From the IMG/VR virus record IMGVR_UViG_3300025018_000101, positions 32,001 through 96,000 of that record: a stretch of 64,000 nucleotides of DNA. The stretch is one strand, 5' to 3'. A model generated the notes under the pieces. The model was not told where the DNA came from. It made no database searches and saw only the letters and a program-made list of their open reading frames with translations. The DNA comes from a virus. Below are positions 9,703-18,003 of the stretch, piece after piece. The position numbers were made by a program, and so were the translations under genes. Each line of letters opens with the position of its first letter. Within the stretch, counting starts at the first letter, position 1.

Positions 9703-10012
9703 CCCATCGAGGAGGGCGCGCGGGGAATCACGCCCGAGAGGGCAAGCGCCCCCCGTGGGGGCAAAGGAGTGACCGTGACTGTGACCGTGACCGCCGCAGA
9801 CCTCGAGGGCGCCGACCTCTACGGCGCCAACCTCTCCGACGCCATCCTCGAGGGCGCCAACCTCGCCGTCGCCAACCTCACCGGCGCCAACCTCCGCGGC
9901 GCCAACCTGTTCGGCGCCGACCGTTGACCCCCTCCCCTCGCGTAGCCCATCGAAGAGGGCGCGCGGGGATAACGCCCCCACGGGGGCAAGCGCCCCCACG
10001 GGGGCACAGGAG
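9703..10012 (+). repeat. Two copies of a ~67-bp leader element (9703-9769, 9946-10012)
   Basis: CCCATCGA(G/A)GAGGGCGCGCGGGGA...two hairpins...GGGGGCA(A/C)AGGAG directly upstream of two consecutive ORFs. Confidence 0.85.
9775..9927 (+). CDS. Very short pentapeptide-repeat protein (possibly truncated)
   Basis: AGGAG RBS then GTG; about 8 A(D/N)LxG-type repeats; N-terminal (VT)n encoded by GTGACC repeats. Confidence 0.65.
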   Translation: MTVTVTAADLEGADLYGANLSDAILEGANLAVANLTGANLRGANLFGADR

Positions 10013-10018
10013 CCGATC

Positions 10019-10840
10019 ATGACCGCCACCGCCACCGCCACCGCCACCGCCACCGCCACCGCCACCGCCACCGCCACCGCCCCCACGTTCAGCCGGCGGG
10101 GCGTGACGTGGGACGACGTCCGCTTCCTCCACCGCCACGGGTGGCTGCGCCACCAGCCTTCGGCCGCCTTGGCCGCCCGCGCCGCCGAGGCGGACGGCGC
10201 CATCCGCGACACCGACGACATCGTCGTCGGCCTGGCCAACTACCGCGCCTTCCGCGCGGCCACGGACGCCGTCGCCGAGATCGGTGGCCTGGACCTCGGG
10301 GGCGGGTTCATGGAGGCCAGGCATTGGCTCCGCCTGGCACGCGTCCTCCGCGGGCGCCGCGACGCCAACGAGGCGTGGGGCTCCCCCGGGGGCCGGGCCC
10401 TGTACGGCGACGTGGCGAACGCCGTGCACGCGCTTTTGGAGATGACGCCGTGGGGGCCCCACGGCGCCTCCTTCCGCGGCACGTGCTCCGCGCCGGGTTC
10501 CGGGCGGGCGTCGCTCCGGGTCGAGGTGCAGGGGCGCCTCGTGCTCAGCAGCACCCCCAACATCCTCTACGTCGCGGACGAGGCGGCGGAGGACGCGAGG
10601 TACCGGGCCACGCGCCTCGAGAGGCGTCAGGGTGCCCTGCGGTACGAGGACGCCCTCGGGCGCCTCGCCCGCGGGCTGAAGCACGCCCGGCTGACAGAGC
10701 CAGGGTCCTTCGTCGGGTGGGGCTACCGCGTGGGCCAGGAGGGCGGGTGGTTCTACCGGACCCAGGAGCACCGCTGGGTCAGCGTCTCCGCCCGCGGGGC
10801 CTTTCGGCGGGCGGGCATACCCTGGCCCGAGGGGTGGTAG
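10019..10840 (+). CDS. Hypothetical protein with N-terminal (TA)10 tract
   Basis: AGGAG RBS; (ACCGCC)10 directly after the ATG. Confidence 0.7.
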   Translation: MTATATATATATATATATATAPTFSRRGVTWDDVRFLHRHGWLRHQPSAALAARAAEADGAIRDTDDIVVGLANYRAFRAATDAVAEIGGLDLGGGFMEARHWLRLARVLRGRRDANEAWGSPGGRALYGDVANAVHALLEMTPWGPHGASFRGTCSAPGSGRASLRVEVQGRLVLSSTPNILYVADEAAEDARYRATRLERRQGALRYEDALGRLARGLKHARLTEPGSFVGWGYRVGQEGGWFYRTQEHRWVSVSARGAFRRAGIPWPEGW

Positions 10841-10852
10841 CCCCCGCCAGAC

Positions 10853-10879
10853 CTAAAGAAGGCCCCCGTGACGGGGGCC
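10853..10879 (-). terminator. Hairpin + TTCTTTAG terminator
   Basis: GGCCCCCG-TGA-CGGGGGCC with CTAAAG on the plus strand; downstream of the minus gene ending at 10930. Confidence 0.75.
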
Positions 10880-10889
10880 GGCCTGAGAC

Positions 10890-10928
10890 GCCTCTGCGGG
10901 GCTGAGCCCCGCAGGGGCCTCTCTTTAG
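10890..10928 (+). terminator. Hairpin + CTCTTTAG terminator
   Basis: GCCTCTGCGGGGCT-G-AGCCCCGCAGGGGC followed by CTCTCTTTAG. Confidence 0.75.
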
Positions 10929-10929
10929 C

Positions 10930-11904
10930 TCACGCCGGGGTGCAGCCGTGCAGCGCCAGCGAGGCTGCTTCCGCAGCCGCCTGGCCGCTGCCGTGGGGGT
11001 CGAAGACGACGACCCGTCGAGCGGAGCGCAATCGGTTGCACGCTCCGCAGGTGTTGCAGGACAGCCCGATGGTCTGGGCAGGGCACGCCAGCGCCGTGAC
11101 GCCCTCGGGCAGCAGTTCGGTCAGGGCCTCGAGCTGGTCGTGGGGCCACACGACGGCGCCGCCAGAGTCCAGCAGGTCGGAGTAGTTCACCACGATGCCC
11201 GCAGCCTCAAGGCGCGGCCGCCACGGCTCGAACTCGGCCACCTCGACATGCGTATAGGTCCAGGCCCATGCACCGGCCACGCGCCGTGTGCGGATGGGGG
11301 ACGGGTCAGCACCCGTCAGGAGGCCGAGGTGCTCGAGCCCTCGGAGGTAGACGGTGTCGAGCTCGCCGTCTCGGTAGAAGTCCCCAGAGGTGTGCAAGCG
11401 CACCAGAGACCGGGCCTTGCGCGCCATGAAGACGCCGACGACGACGGACGCCAGGGACGCGGCGACGGATTCTGTCGCCCTGACGCTGTGCATCCGGACG
11501 TTGCCGCCCGAAGCGTAGCAGCCCTTGAGGTAGGGGCAGGCGGGGCAGGTCGCCCCTACGGGCCGGTACGTGGATGGGCCGGCGACCTTGCCGTTCCCGG
11601 TCCCGACCGGATTCGCGGTCTCGCCGGCGAAGAGCCGGATGCCCCCGCGGAGCGTCGTTGCGCTCCCTCGGGCGGCGATGGTCTTGTCCATCAGGGCGTA
11701 GAGCCCGGTGGTCCACGCTCTCTCGAGCGGGCCCCAGGACGCCCAGGTGGGTCGCAGCGCGGGCAGGGCCAGCATGGCCTCCCCCATCATCTGCGTGAAG
11801 GCACCCGCGTCTCCGCGGGGCAGGAACTTCAGTTCAGGGCATCCCAGGTCGGGGTGCCCATCTTCGATCATACGGACCTCCATGGGGCGCGTCCACCGCA
11901 GCAT
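10930..11904 (-). CDS. Gp88/DUF7227-like Cys-rich (Fe-S, radical-SAM-like) protein
   Basis: Motifs NGKV, TCPACPYLKGCYA, VRLHTSGDF, AWTYTH, CPAQ...CNTCGAC, FDPHG. Confidence 0.65.
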   Translation of the reverse strand: MLRWTRPMEVRMIEDGHPDLGCPELKFLPRGDAGAFTQMMGEAMLALPALRPTWASWGPLERAWTTGLYALMDKTIAARGSATTLRGGIRLFAGETANPVGTGNGKVAGPSTYRPVGATCPACPYLKGCYASGGNVRMHSVRATESVAASLASVVVGVFMARKARSLVRLHTSGDFYRDGELDTVYLRGLEHLGLLTGADPSPIRTRRVAGAWAWTYTHVEVAEFEPWRPRLEAAGIVVNYSDLLDSGGAVVWPHDQLEALTELLPEGVTALACPAQTIGLSCNTCGACNRLRSARRVVVFDPHGSGQAAAEAASLALHGCTPA

Positions 11905-11923
11905 GCGACGGACGAGGCTTCGG

Positions 11924-11931
11924 CTTATACC
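11924..11931 (-). promoter_or_regulatory. GGTATAAG putative phage-RNAP promoter
   Basis: Same motif as in the 28.6-30.4 kb cluster; about 20 nt upstream of ATG 11904. Confidence 0.6.
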
Positions 11932-11949
11932 CGCGTTCCTCGCAGCGGA

Positions 11950-11979
11950 TTGCCGCCAGGACGCGCTTGCGTGTATGCT
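11950..11979 (+). promoter_or_regulatory. sigma70-like promoter for terminase
   Basis: TTGCCG-18 nt-TATGCT. Confidence 0.5.
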
Positions 11980-12011
11980 CCGGTAGCGACGCAGGGGTCG
12001 AGGAGGTGTTG

Positions 12012-13673
12012 ATGCGAGGTCAGGTGCCCACCGAAAAGGGGCGAGCGCGGCAGGTCAGGCTCACGCACGCGCAGTTCGCCCAGCGGGTCTACAAGCTCGG
12101 TGCAGGCCCCTACTCGCTCAAGGACTACCCCTTCGTCGCGGACGTCCTGAACCGGCGGGCCCAGCAGCTCGTGCTGCTCACGGCGCGCCAGATCAGCAAG
12201 TCGACCATCCTGGCCATCCTGGCGTTGAACGAGCTCATCTCGCGACCGTACTGGGGCGTCCTCTACCTCAGCCCGTCGAAGGCGCAGACCACGGTGTGGT
12301 CCGCGATGCGTCTCGGCAGGCTCGTGCGCCAGAGTCCGTACGTTCGGGACAACTTCACGGCCCCCGCGCTGGCCCAGGGCATCTGGCGCAAGGAGTTCAC
12401 GAACGAGTCCTACGTCATCTCGACCTACGCCTCGGACGACGGCGACCGAGCCCGAGGTAACTCCGCCGACCGCGTCAATTACGACGAGGCGCAGGACATC
12501 GTCCTCGACGAGGTCGAGCCCGTTGTCTCCGAGGCCGTGGCCAACTCCGAGTATGGCTACCTGACGTACTCAGGCACCCCGAAGACCCGCGACAACGCCA
12601 TCCAGGGCCTGTACGAGTCGAGCACCCAGCGCGAGTGGGTGATGAAGTGCCCGGCCTGCGGCTCCTGGCAGTTCATCACGCGCGCCGAGTCCATCGACCT
12701 CCAAGGCCTGAGGTGCCTCAAGAGGGGGTGCCGTGGACTGCTCAACCCCCGCGAGGGCCACTGGCACCCGATGAACCTCCGGGACCGGTCCCACGGCGAC
12801 ACGTCCTTGCAGCCCGAGGGCTACCACGTCCCGCAGGTCATCCTGCCCCGCAACCTGGAGAACCCGACGCGGTGGGCGCGTATCCTCCACAAGAAGTCCA
12901 CCTTCGGCGACGCGGAGCTCAGCAACGAGGTCCTCGGCGTGAGCGTGGCGCTCGGCGCCCGCATGTTGAGCGAGGATGACCTGCGAGCGCGCTGTCGCGC
13001 CTACGTGTGCAGCGAGCCGCCAGACCCGAGCATCTTCGAGGACATCATCACGGACATCCGCGGCCGACGCGAGGTCTACGCAGGTATCGATTGGAGCGGA
13101 GAGGGCAACGCTGGTCGCAGCACGACGTGCCTGTGGGTCTGGGGCGTGCTGCCCAACAACAAGCTCAAGACGCTGTTCTTCAGGCTCTATCCGCCCGGCA
13201 ACCCCATTGAGGCGGTCGACGACATCGCGCGCGTCTGCATGCTCTTCCAGGTCAAGCTCGTCGGGGCGGACGCGGGCAACGGCGGCGTCGCCAACCCCCT
13301 GCTCGCGCGCAAGATCGGCAGGGGGCGGGTCCTGCAGTTCCAGTACGGGTCCTTCAAGGAGCAGGTCCAGAAGGGCCCCGACCGGTTCTACGTCGACAGG
13401 ACCACGGCGATCGACAGCATGATGCTGCAGCTCTCCCTGCCACTGGTGTACTTCCCCACCGAGCAGCAGAGCGAGCAGTTCTTCCGGCATGTGCTGGCGC
13501 TGTACGAGATGGTCACGCAGAATGGAAACGGCCGTCGCATCTGGAACAAGCCCATCGACCGCCTCGACGACTACTTCCACGCCATGGTCTTCGGCTGGCT
13601 CGGGACTCGGGCAGGCCGTGGCGAGTTCGCTTTCTACGACACGGGCAAGGACGACGAGGACGTCGTCCAGTAG
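12012..13673 (+). CDS. terL: Terminase large subunit (GpA-like)
   Basis: AGGAGG RBS; Walker A-like TARQISKST, Walker B VNYDEAQD, SGTPK coupling motif, CPAC...C..C Zn ribbon, RNase H-like AGIDWSG and DDYFHA. Confidence 0.88.
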   Translation: MRGQVPTEKGRARQVRLTHAQFAQRVYKLGAGPYSLKDYPFVADVLNRRAQQLVLLTARQISKSTILAILALNELISRPYWGVLYLSPSKAQTTVWSAMRLGRLVRQSPYVRDNFTAPALAQGIWRKEFTNESYVISTYASDDGDRARGNSADRVNYDEAQDIVLDEVEPVVSEAVANSEYGYLTYSGTPKTRDNAIQGLYESSTQREWVMKCPACGSWQFITRAESIDLQGLRCLKRGCRGLLNPREGHWHPMNLRDRSHGDTSLQPEGYHVPQVILPRNLENPTRWARILHKKSTFGDAELSNEVLGVSVALGARMLSEDDLRARCRAYVCSEPPDPSIFEDIITDIRGRREVYAGIDWSGEGNAGRSTTCLWVWGVLPNNKLKTLFFRLYPPGNPIEAVDDIARVCMLFQVKLVGADAGNGGVANPLLARKIGRGRVLQFQYGSFKEQVQKGPDRFYVDRTTAIDSMMLQLSLPLVYFPTEQQSEQFFRHVLALYEMVTQNGNGRRIWNKPIDRLDDYFHAMVFGWLGTRAGRGEFAFYDTGKDDEDVVQ

Positions 13674-13693
13674 CCTACGCACGGAGACACCTC

Positions 13694-14029
13694 ATGCCCA
13701 TGCACTTCCAGAAGGTCTTCACCCAGGCGTCCGCCGCATTCACGGACACGACTCCTGACGGCGTCTTCACACTCACGCAGGCCACCGTCGGGAGGGCTCT
13801 CGACGACCAGTACAGCAAGCACCAGGTGCAACTGCAGGGCACGTCTGGCGACACCTTCGTCGTCGACATCCAGGTGTTCGGTGACACCGCTTGGAGGACC
13901 TACAACTCCGCCGCGCTGGCCGAGGATACGGTGGTCCTCATCGATGAGGTCGTCGTCACAGCGATCCGCGTGACGGTCTCGACGATCAACGCCACCACGC
14001 AGCTCCTGCTGGTGTCGAGGGCCAGCTAA
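13694..14029 (+). CDS. Small beta-rich hypothetical (virion) protein
   Basis: GGAG RBS; T/V-rich. Confidence 0.7.
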   Translation: MPMHFQKVFTQASAAFTDTTPDGVFTLTQATVGRALDDQYSKHQVQLQGTSGDTFVVDIQVFGDTAWRTYNSAALAEDTVVLIDEVVVTAIRVTVSTINATTQLLLVSRAS

Positions 14030-14092
14030 AAATACCCCCCGGAGACGCAGAGCAACGACCTGTCAGCCATGACGGTCTGGCGCTCCGGGGGG
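14026..14092 (-). terminator. Long-loop hairpin + TATTTTTAG terminator for the replication operon
   Basis: CCCCCCGGAG (14035-44) pairs with CTCCGGGGGG (14083-92); CTAAAAA on the plus strand. Confidence 0.65.
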
Positions 14093-14098
14093 CATGCG

Positions 14099-14677
14099 TC
14101 AGCTCAAGGTCGCCTCGTACAGCCGGAGCACTCGGGCGTCCGGCCGGGCGTACCCGAGCACATTCTTGAATGGGACGGAGACGCCCCTCCCTCGCAGGCC
14201 TGGCACCGACGAGCAGCGCCACCGGCGCTCTTCGCCAGGCAGCGGCGCCACCGTCAGGACGTCGGTCAGCGCGATGAGGCCCTCGGCGCGCTGCTCGTCG
14301 GTCGTGCCCCACGTGCCCACCAGCAGTGACCCCGAGGTCAAGTTGAGCGACGGCAGGGCCACGCACGTCCCGGGGGCGGAGGGGTCGAGGTCGCCCGGTG
14401 GGACGTCAACGTCTCCCACGGCCGTACGCCACGCCTCGAGGAGCGCGCACCCGGGCTCCCCGGACAGCCCGGCCCAGGCCGCGCCCGGGTGGACGCGGAG
14501 CACCTCCTCGATGCCTTCAATGGCGTAGGCCGTGTACCGCCCCTCCAGGTCCGGCACCATCACCCTCGGCGCGGTCAGCGCCAGCCACGGCGTGGGCGAC
14601 CCTGGCCCGAGGCCGCCGACCAGGAACACCTGGTTCGGCATGGAGATGGCGTGCACCGCCACGTTCTCAGTGTCCAT
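14099..14677 (-). CDS. Hypothetical protein
   Basis: Overlaps the polymerase stop; GGAGG RBS. Confidence 0.7.
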   Translation of the reverse strand: MDTENVAVHAISMPNQVFLVGGLGPGSPTPWLALTAPRVMVPDLEGRYTAYAIEGIEEVLRVHPGAAWAGLSGEPGCALLEAWRTAVGDVDVPPGDLDPSAPGTCVALPSLNLTSGSLLVGTWGTTDEQRAEGLIALTDVLTVAPLPGEERRWRCSSVPGLRGRGVSVPFKNVLGYARPDARVLRLYEATLS

Positions 14678-17600
14678 ACCCGAGCGCCTCCGCGATCTCG
14701 AGGTCGGCGGGCTTGCTCAACTCGCCGCGCGTGAGCTGGCCCCAGTCGACCATGGTCTTGTACGTCGTGCCCACGCCGAGGTCGTAGGCGTAGGGGACCG
14801 GGACCCACGGGCACGCCTCGGAGACGACGTCAAGGACGTTCCGGTCGAACAGAGGGCCGAGCGCAGGTACCTGCGCGAAGGGGATCTGGCCCGCGATGGC
14901 GTCGTGGACCAGCAGCAGCACGTCCCCGCCCAGGGCCGCGATCTCCTCCTGCATCGCTGCGGCCGCAACGACGACAGCGTCGGACGCCTCGGCCTGGATG
15001 CGGAAGTTCACCGCCTCACGGTGCGCCTTGCCGGTCTTGCGCCGGTCGTAGCCGATGAACGGGAAGCGCCGGTACCGACCGAAGTTGGTCCGGACACGTC
15101 CGAAGGCTCCGGCCTGCTTCTCCGTGGTCTTGATGTAGACCGGGACGCGCGGAAATGCGGCGAACAGATCCGCGCGCACCGAGGCAGCCTCGGCGACCTG
15201 AGACTCGCGCTCCGGTGTGCCCTCGTCCGCGAGGAAGCCGAACATCTGCGACGCGTTCTGCTCGTCCCCGGCACCGTAGATGGTGCCGTACAGGACGCGC
15301 TTGCACGCCGTCCTGTCCTTGCCCACCTGATAGTTGGTGTCCTTGTTCGCCTCGATGAAGGCGTAGACCGCCTCCGTCTGCAGCGAAGGCGACAAGCCCC
15401 TCGCCTCGGGCACGTACTGCTCGAGGTACTTCTTGCCGAACACGCGGGCGGCCACGTAGGAGGGCGCGTTCAGGCCATCACGCATGGCCTTCACCAGTGG
15501 GTCGTTGCCCATGTACCCGCACAGGATGCGAACCTCGGCCGAGCTGATGTCGCCGTTGAAGAACGCCATGCCCGGGTCGGGGATGAGCAGGCGCTTGATG
15601 GCGAACCCCTCGAACGACTCCACCTTCCACTTCGACTGCGCCAGGAGCGCCTCCTTGCACGACGCCTGGATGAGGAAGGTCTCACCGCCCACACGGAACA
15701 GGCAGACGGGCCTGCCGTCCTCCGAGACCGTGAAGACAGAGTGCTCGACGATGGCCGTCGAGGGGACCCACCAGTTCTTCCGGCACATGTAGACCGGGTA
15801 GTTCTGCAGGGACGGGCCCGACACGGACAGGCGGCCCGTGACGGTCGTGTGCTGGCCGAAGTAGGCGTGGATGCGGCCGTCGTTGATGATGGCGAGCTCG
15901 ATGCCCGAGAGGTAGGTCGACAGCGTCGTCTTGGCGCTTCGGAACAGGAGCAGCAGGTGCGCCATCAGGTCGGCCGGGGTACCGGGCATCATCCGGCCGA
16001 TCTTGGCCATGTCGGCCGCCGACGTCGACATCAGCCCGGACGGCGTCTTGCTCACCGCTGCCCAGGGCACCTCCAGCACCTCGGTGAAGACGTGCATCAG
16101 ATCCTTGTGGGAGTTCGGGTTGAAGCTCGTGCACGCCAGACTGTGCATGCGCTCGAGGGTGGCGTCGTACAGGGCCTGCGCCTCCTCCTTGTAGGTCGCC
16201 AGCAACTCCGTGTCGACGCCGATGCCCTTGTACTCCGCCCGGGCCAGGGCCTTGACGCCAGGCATGTAGACGGTGCGCAGCATGTTCTGGCAGTCCTTGA
16301 GCGTGTCGTGCTGGTCGCGGCACGCCTTCGTCTGCTCGCGCAGGGCTGTGTGCTGCGCCTGGCAGACGATCCGCGTCAGGTCGGTGTCGACGGCCGCGTA
16401 GGGGATGAGGACGTCGACGGGGAGGTCCTCGTACGAGGAGACGCCCTCCAGGCTGGTCATGACGTCGACCTTCGGCGTAGGAGGCGCCTCCCCGTCGCTG
16501 ACGTGCTTGTACCTGTTCTTGATCTTCGACCGCAATCGGGTCTTCTCCTTCGCCAGTTCCTCCTTCTTCTCCGAGGCCTTCGGTTGCAGCGCGTGCTCGA
16601 AGCACGTCCTGACGTACAGGTCCTCGAGGCTATAGAGGTCGGCGGCCTTGTCGAGGTCCACGGTCAGACCCCGCGTTCGCGCCGTCGGGTAGTCGACAAA
16701 CTCAGCCGCCCGCTCGATGAGGTCGCGCTGCAGCCCGAGAAGCACCTTCTGCAACTGCGCCTCGTACCCCCCGTACTCCGGGGCGTACTTGAACGCCAGG
16801 GGCTTGAGGCCGTACAGGCCCTGGGCGCCCTCCTCGATGTGGTGCTCGGCCAGCAGGGTGTCCCACCACGCGTGGTCGTTCTTGACGCCGAGCACCGCCC
16901 GGCCGGCCCGTAGCGCCTCCGCGGCCGCAGCGGCCGTCGGGAACGCCGCGTAGGTAGCGCCCTCGAGCCACCCCGCCACGGATGCGGCGAACGCCGGGTC
17001 GGCACCCAGCATCTCCTGCATCTTGAACTCCACCGACAGGTCGAACTTGCGGTGGTGCCAGATCTTCGGGTTCGGGCTGGTCAGCAGCGCGATGGTCGCG
17101 GCCCACACCCGAGCCCGGTCCATGGCGGATTCGCGGTGGTCGAGCAGCCACCCGGCGCTCTTGCCAGGAGCCCATGCGGCCGAGACAGCGATGGGCTTGC
17201 TCCCTGGCAGGTACATGTTCAACGAGTTGGTCTCGAAGTCCAGCGCTATCGGCCACTTCGAGGGCTTGTAGCCACCCTCGGTGTACGACATGGCCGTCTT
17301 GACCGCGGCCTCGACGCCTTCCTCGGTCGTAGGCAGCAGGTAGTCGGCGGAGATGTCCTCGATGCGTTTTGGCGTGAACGAGTCGAAGAGGATGCCCACG
17401 GCCCGACGGACGTCGGCGCACATGTGGTCGAGGATGCCCGCCTGGCCGTGCAGGTGCCGGAGGCTGTGGGCCGGCACGACGGTGTACCTGGCCCCGCGGA
17501 TGTTGGCGAAGAACGTCTTGCCGCGGGCGTTCTTGCCCGCTCGCGCGGACAGCCCCAGGGTGCGCCACGTCGGAGCACCGAAGGCGACCACGACGTGCGG

Positions 17601-17993
17601 GACGTCGTGCCCCCAGAGCTGTGTCTTGCGCTCGTACAGGTCCACGAGGCGCTCCACCGCGTAGGGCGCGCAGTGGTCGACGGCCTTGGCCAGCGGCGCC
17701 TTCATGCTCGCGCGGCCCACGGCGAACACCACGCTGTATTGCAGGGGTTTCGACATGGTCTTGTCGATCGCCCCCGTCAGCATGACGAGCATCTGGGCCA
17801 TCTTCGAGTCGATGGCGCGGCCGCGCCACATCCCGTCCTCGGTCGGCTTCTCGAACAGGAAGACGAGGTTGTAGCGCACGTCGTCGAGCGAGGGCTCGGC
17901 CTTGAGCAGGCAGACCTCGCTCTCGTGGGGGCAGCCCGCGCAGGGCTGACCCTTGTCCCGAAGTTTCCAGATCAACTTCCGGTCGGTTTCCAC
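14667..17993 (-). CDS. polA: Family A DNA polymerase with N-terminal UDG-like domain and 3'-5' exonuclease
   Basis: GTG 17993 with GGAGG RBS. Exo motifs ALDFET, HHRKFD, YAAVD; Pol motifs A GDISSAEVRIL, B KRVLYGTIYG, C VHDAI. N-terminal CAGCP...C, CAPY, VVAFG, VVPAH. Confidence 0.92.
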   Translation of the reverse strand: METDRKLIWKLRDKGQPCAGCPHESEVCLLKAEPSLDDVRYNLVFLFEKPTEDGMWRGRAIDSKMAQMLVMLTGAIDKTMSKPLQYSVVFAVGRASMKAPLAKAVDHCAPYAVERLVDLYERKTQLWGHDVPHVVVAFGAPTWRTLGLSARAGKNARGKTFFANIRGARYTVVPAHSLRHLHGQAGILDHMCADVRRAVGILFDSFTPKRIEDISADYLLPTTEEGVEAAVKTAMSYTEGGYKPSKWPIALDFETNSLNMYLPGSKPIAVSAAWAPGKSAGWLLDHRESAMDRARVWAATIALLTSPNPKIWHHRKFDLSVEFKMQEMLGADPAFAASVAGWLEGATYAAFPTAAAAAEALRAGRAVLGVKNDHAWWDTLLAEHHIEEGAQGLYGLKPLAFKYAPEYGGYEAQLQKVLLGLQRDLIERAAEFVDYPTARTRGLTVDLDKAADLYSLEDLYVRTCFEHALQPKASEKKEELAKEKTRLRSKIKNRYKHVSDGEAPPTPKVDVMTSLEGVSSYEDLPVDVLIPYAAVDTDLTRIVCQAQHTALREQTKACRDQHDTLKDCQNMLRTVYMPGVKALARAEYKGIGVDTELLATYKEEAQALYDATLERMHSLACTSFNPNSHKDLMHVFTEVLEVPWAAVSKTPSGLMSTSAADMAKIGRMMPGTPADLMAHLLLLFRSAKTTLSTYLSGIELAIINDGRIHAYFGQHTTVTGRLSVSGPSLQNYPVYMCRKNWWVPSTAIVEHSVFTVSEDGRPVCLFRVGGETFLIQASCKEALLAQSKWKVESFEGFAIKRLLIPDPGMAFFNGDISSAEVRILCGYMGNDPLVKAMRDGLNAPSYVAARVFGKKYLEQYVPEARGLSPSLQTEAVYAFIEANKDTNYQVGKDRTACKRVLYGTIYGAGDEQNASQMFGFLADEGTPERESQVAEAASVRADLFAAFPRVPVYIKTTEKQAGAFGRVRTNFGRYRRFPFIGYDRRKTGKAHREAVNFRIQAEASDAVVVAAAAMQEEIAALGGDVLLLVHDAIAGQIPFAQVPALGPLFDRNVLDVVSEACPWVPVPYAYDLGVGTTYKTMVDWGQLTRGELSKPADLEIAEALGYGH

Positions 17994-18003
17994 AGGCCCT
18001 CCG

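Noticed and set aside
9703-10081. Possible CRISPR array or integron attC sites
   Set aside because: Only two imperfect repeats flanking a gene; no regular spacers, cas genes, integrase or GTTRRRY cores.
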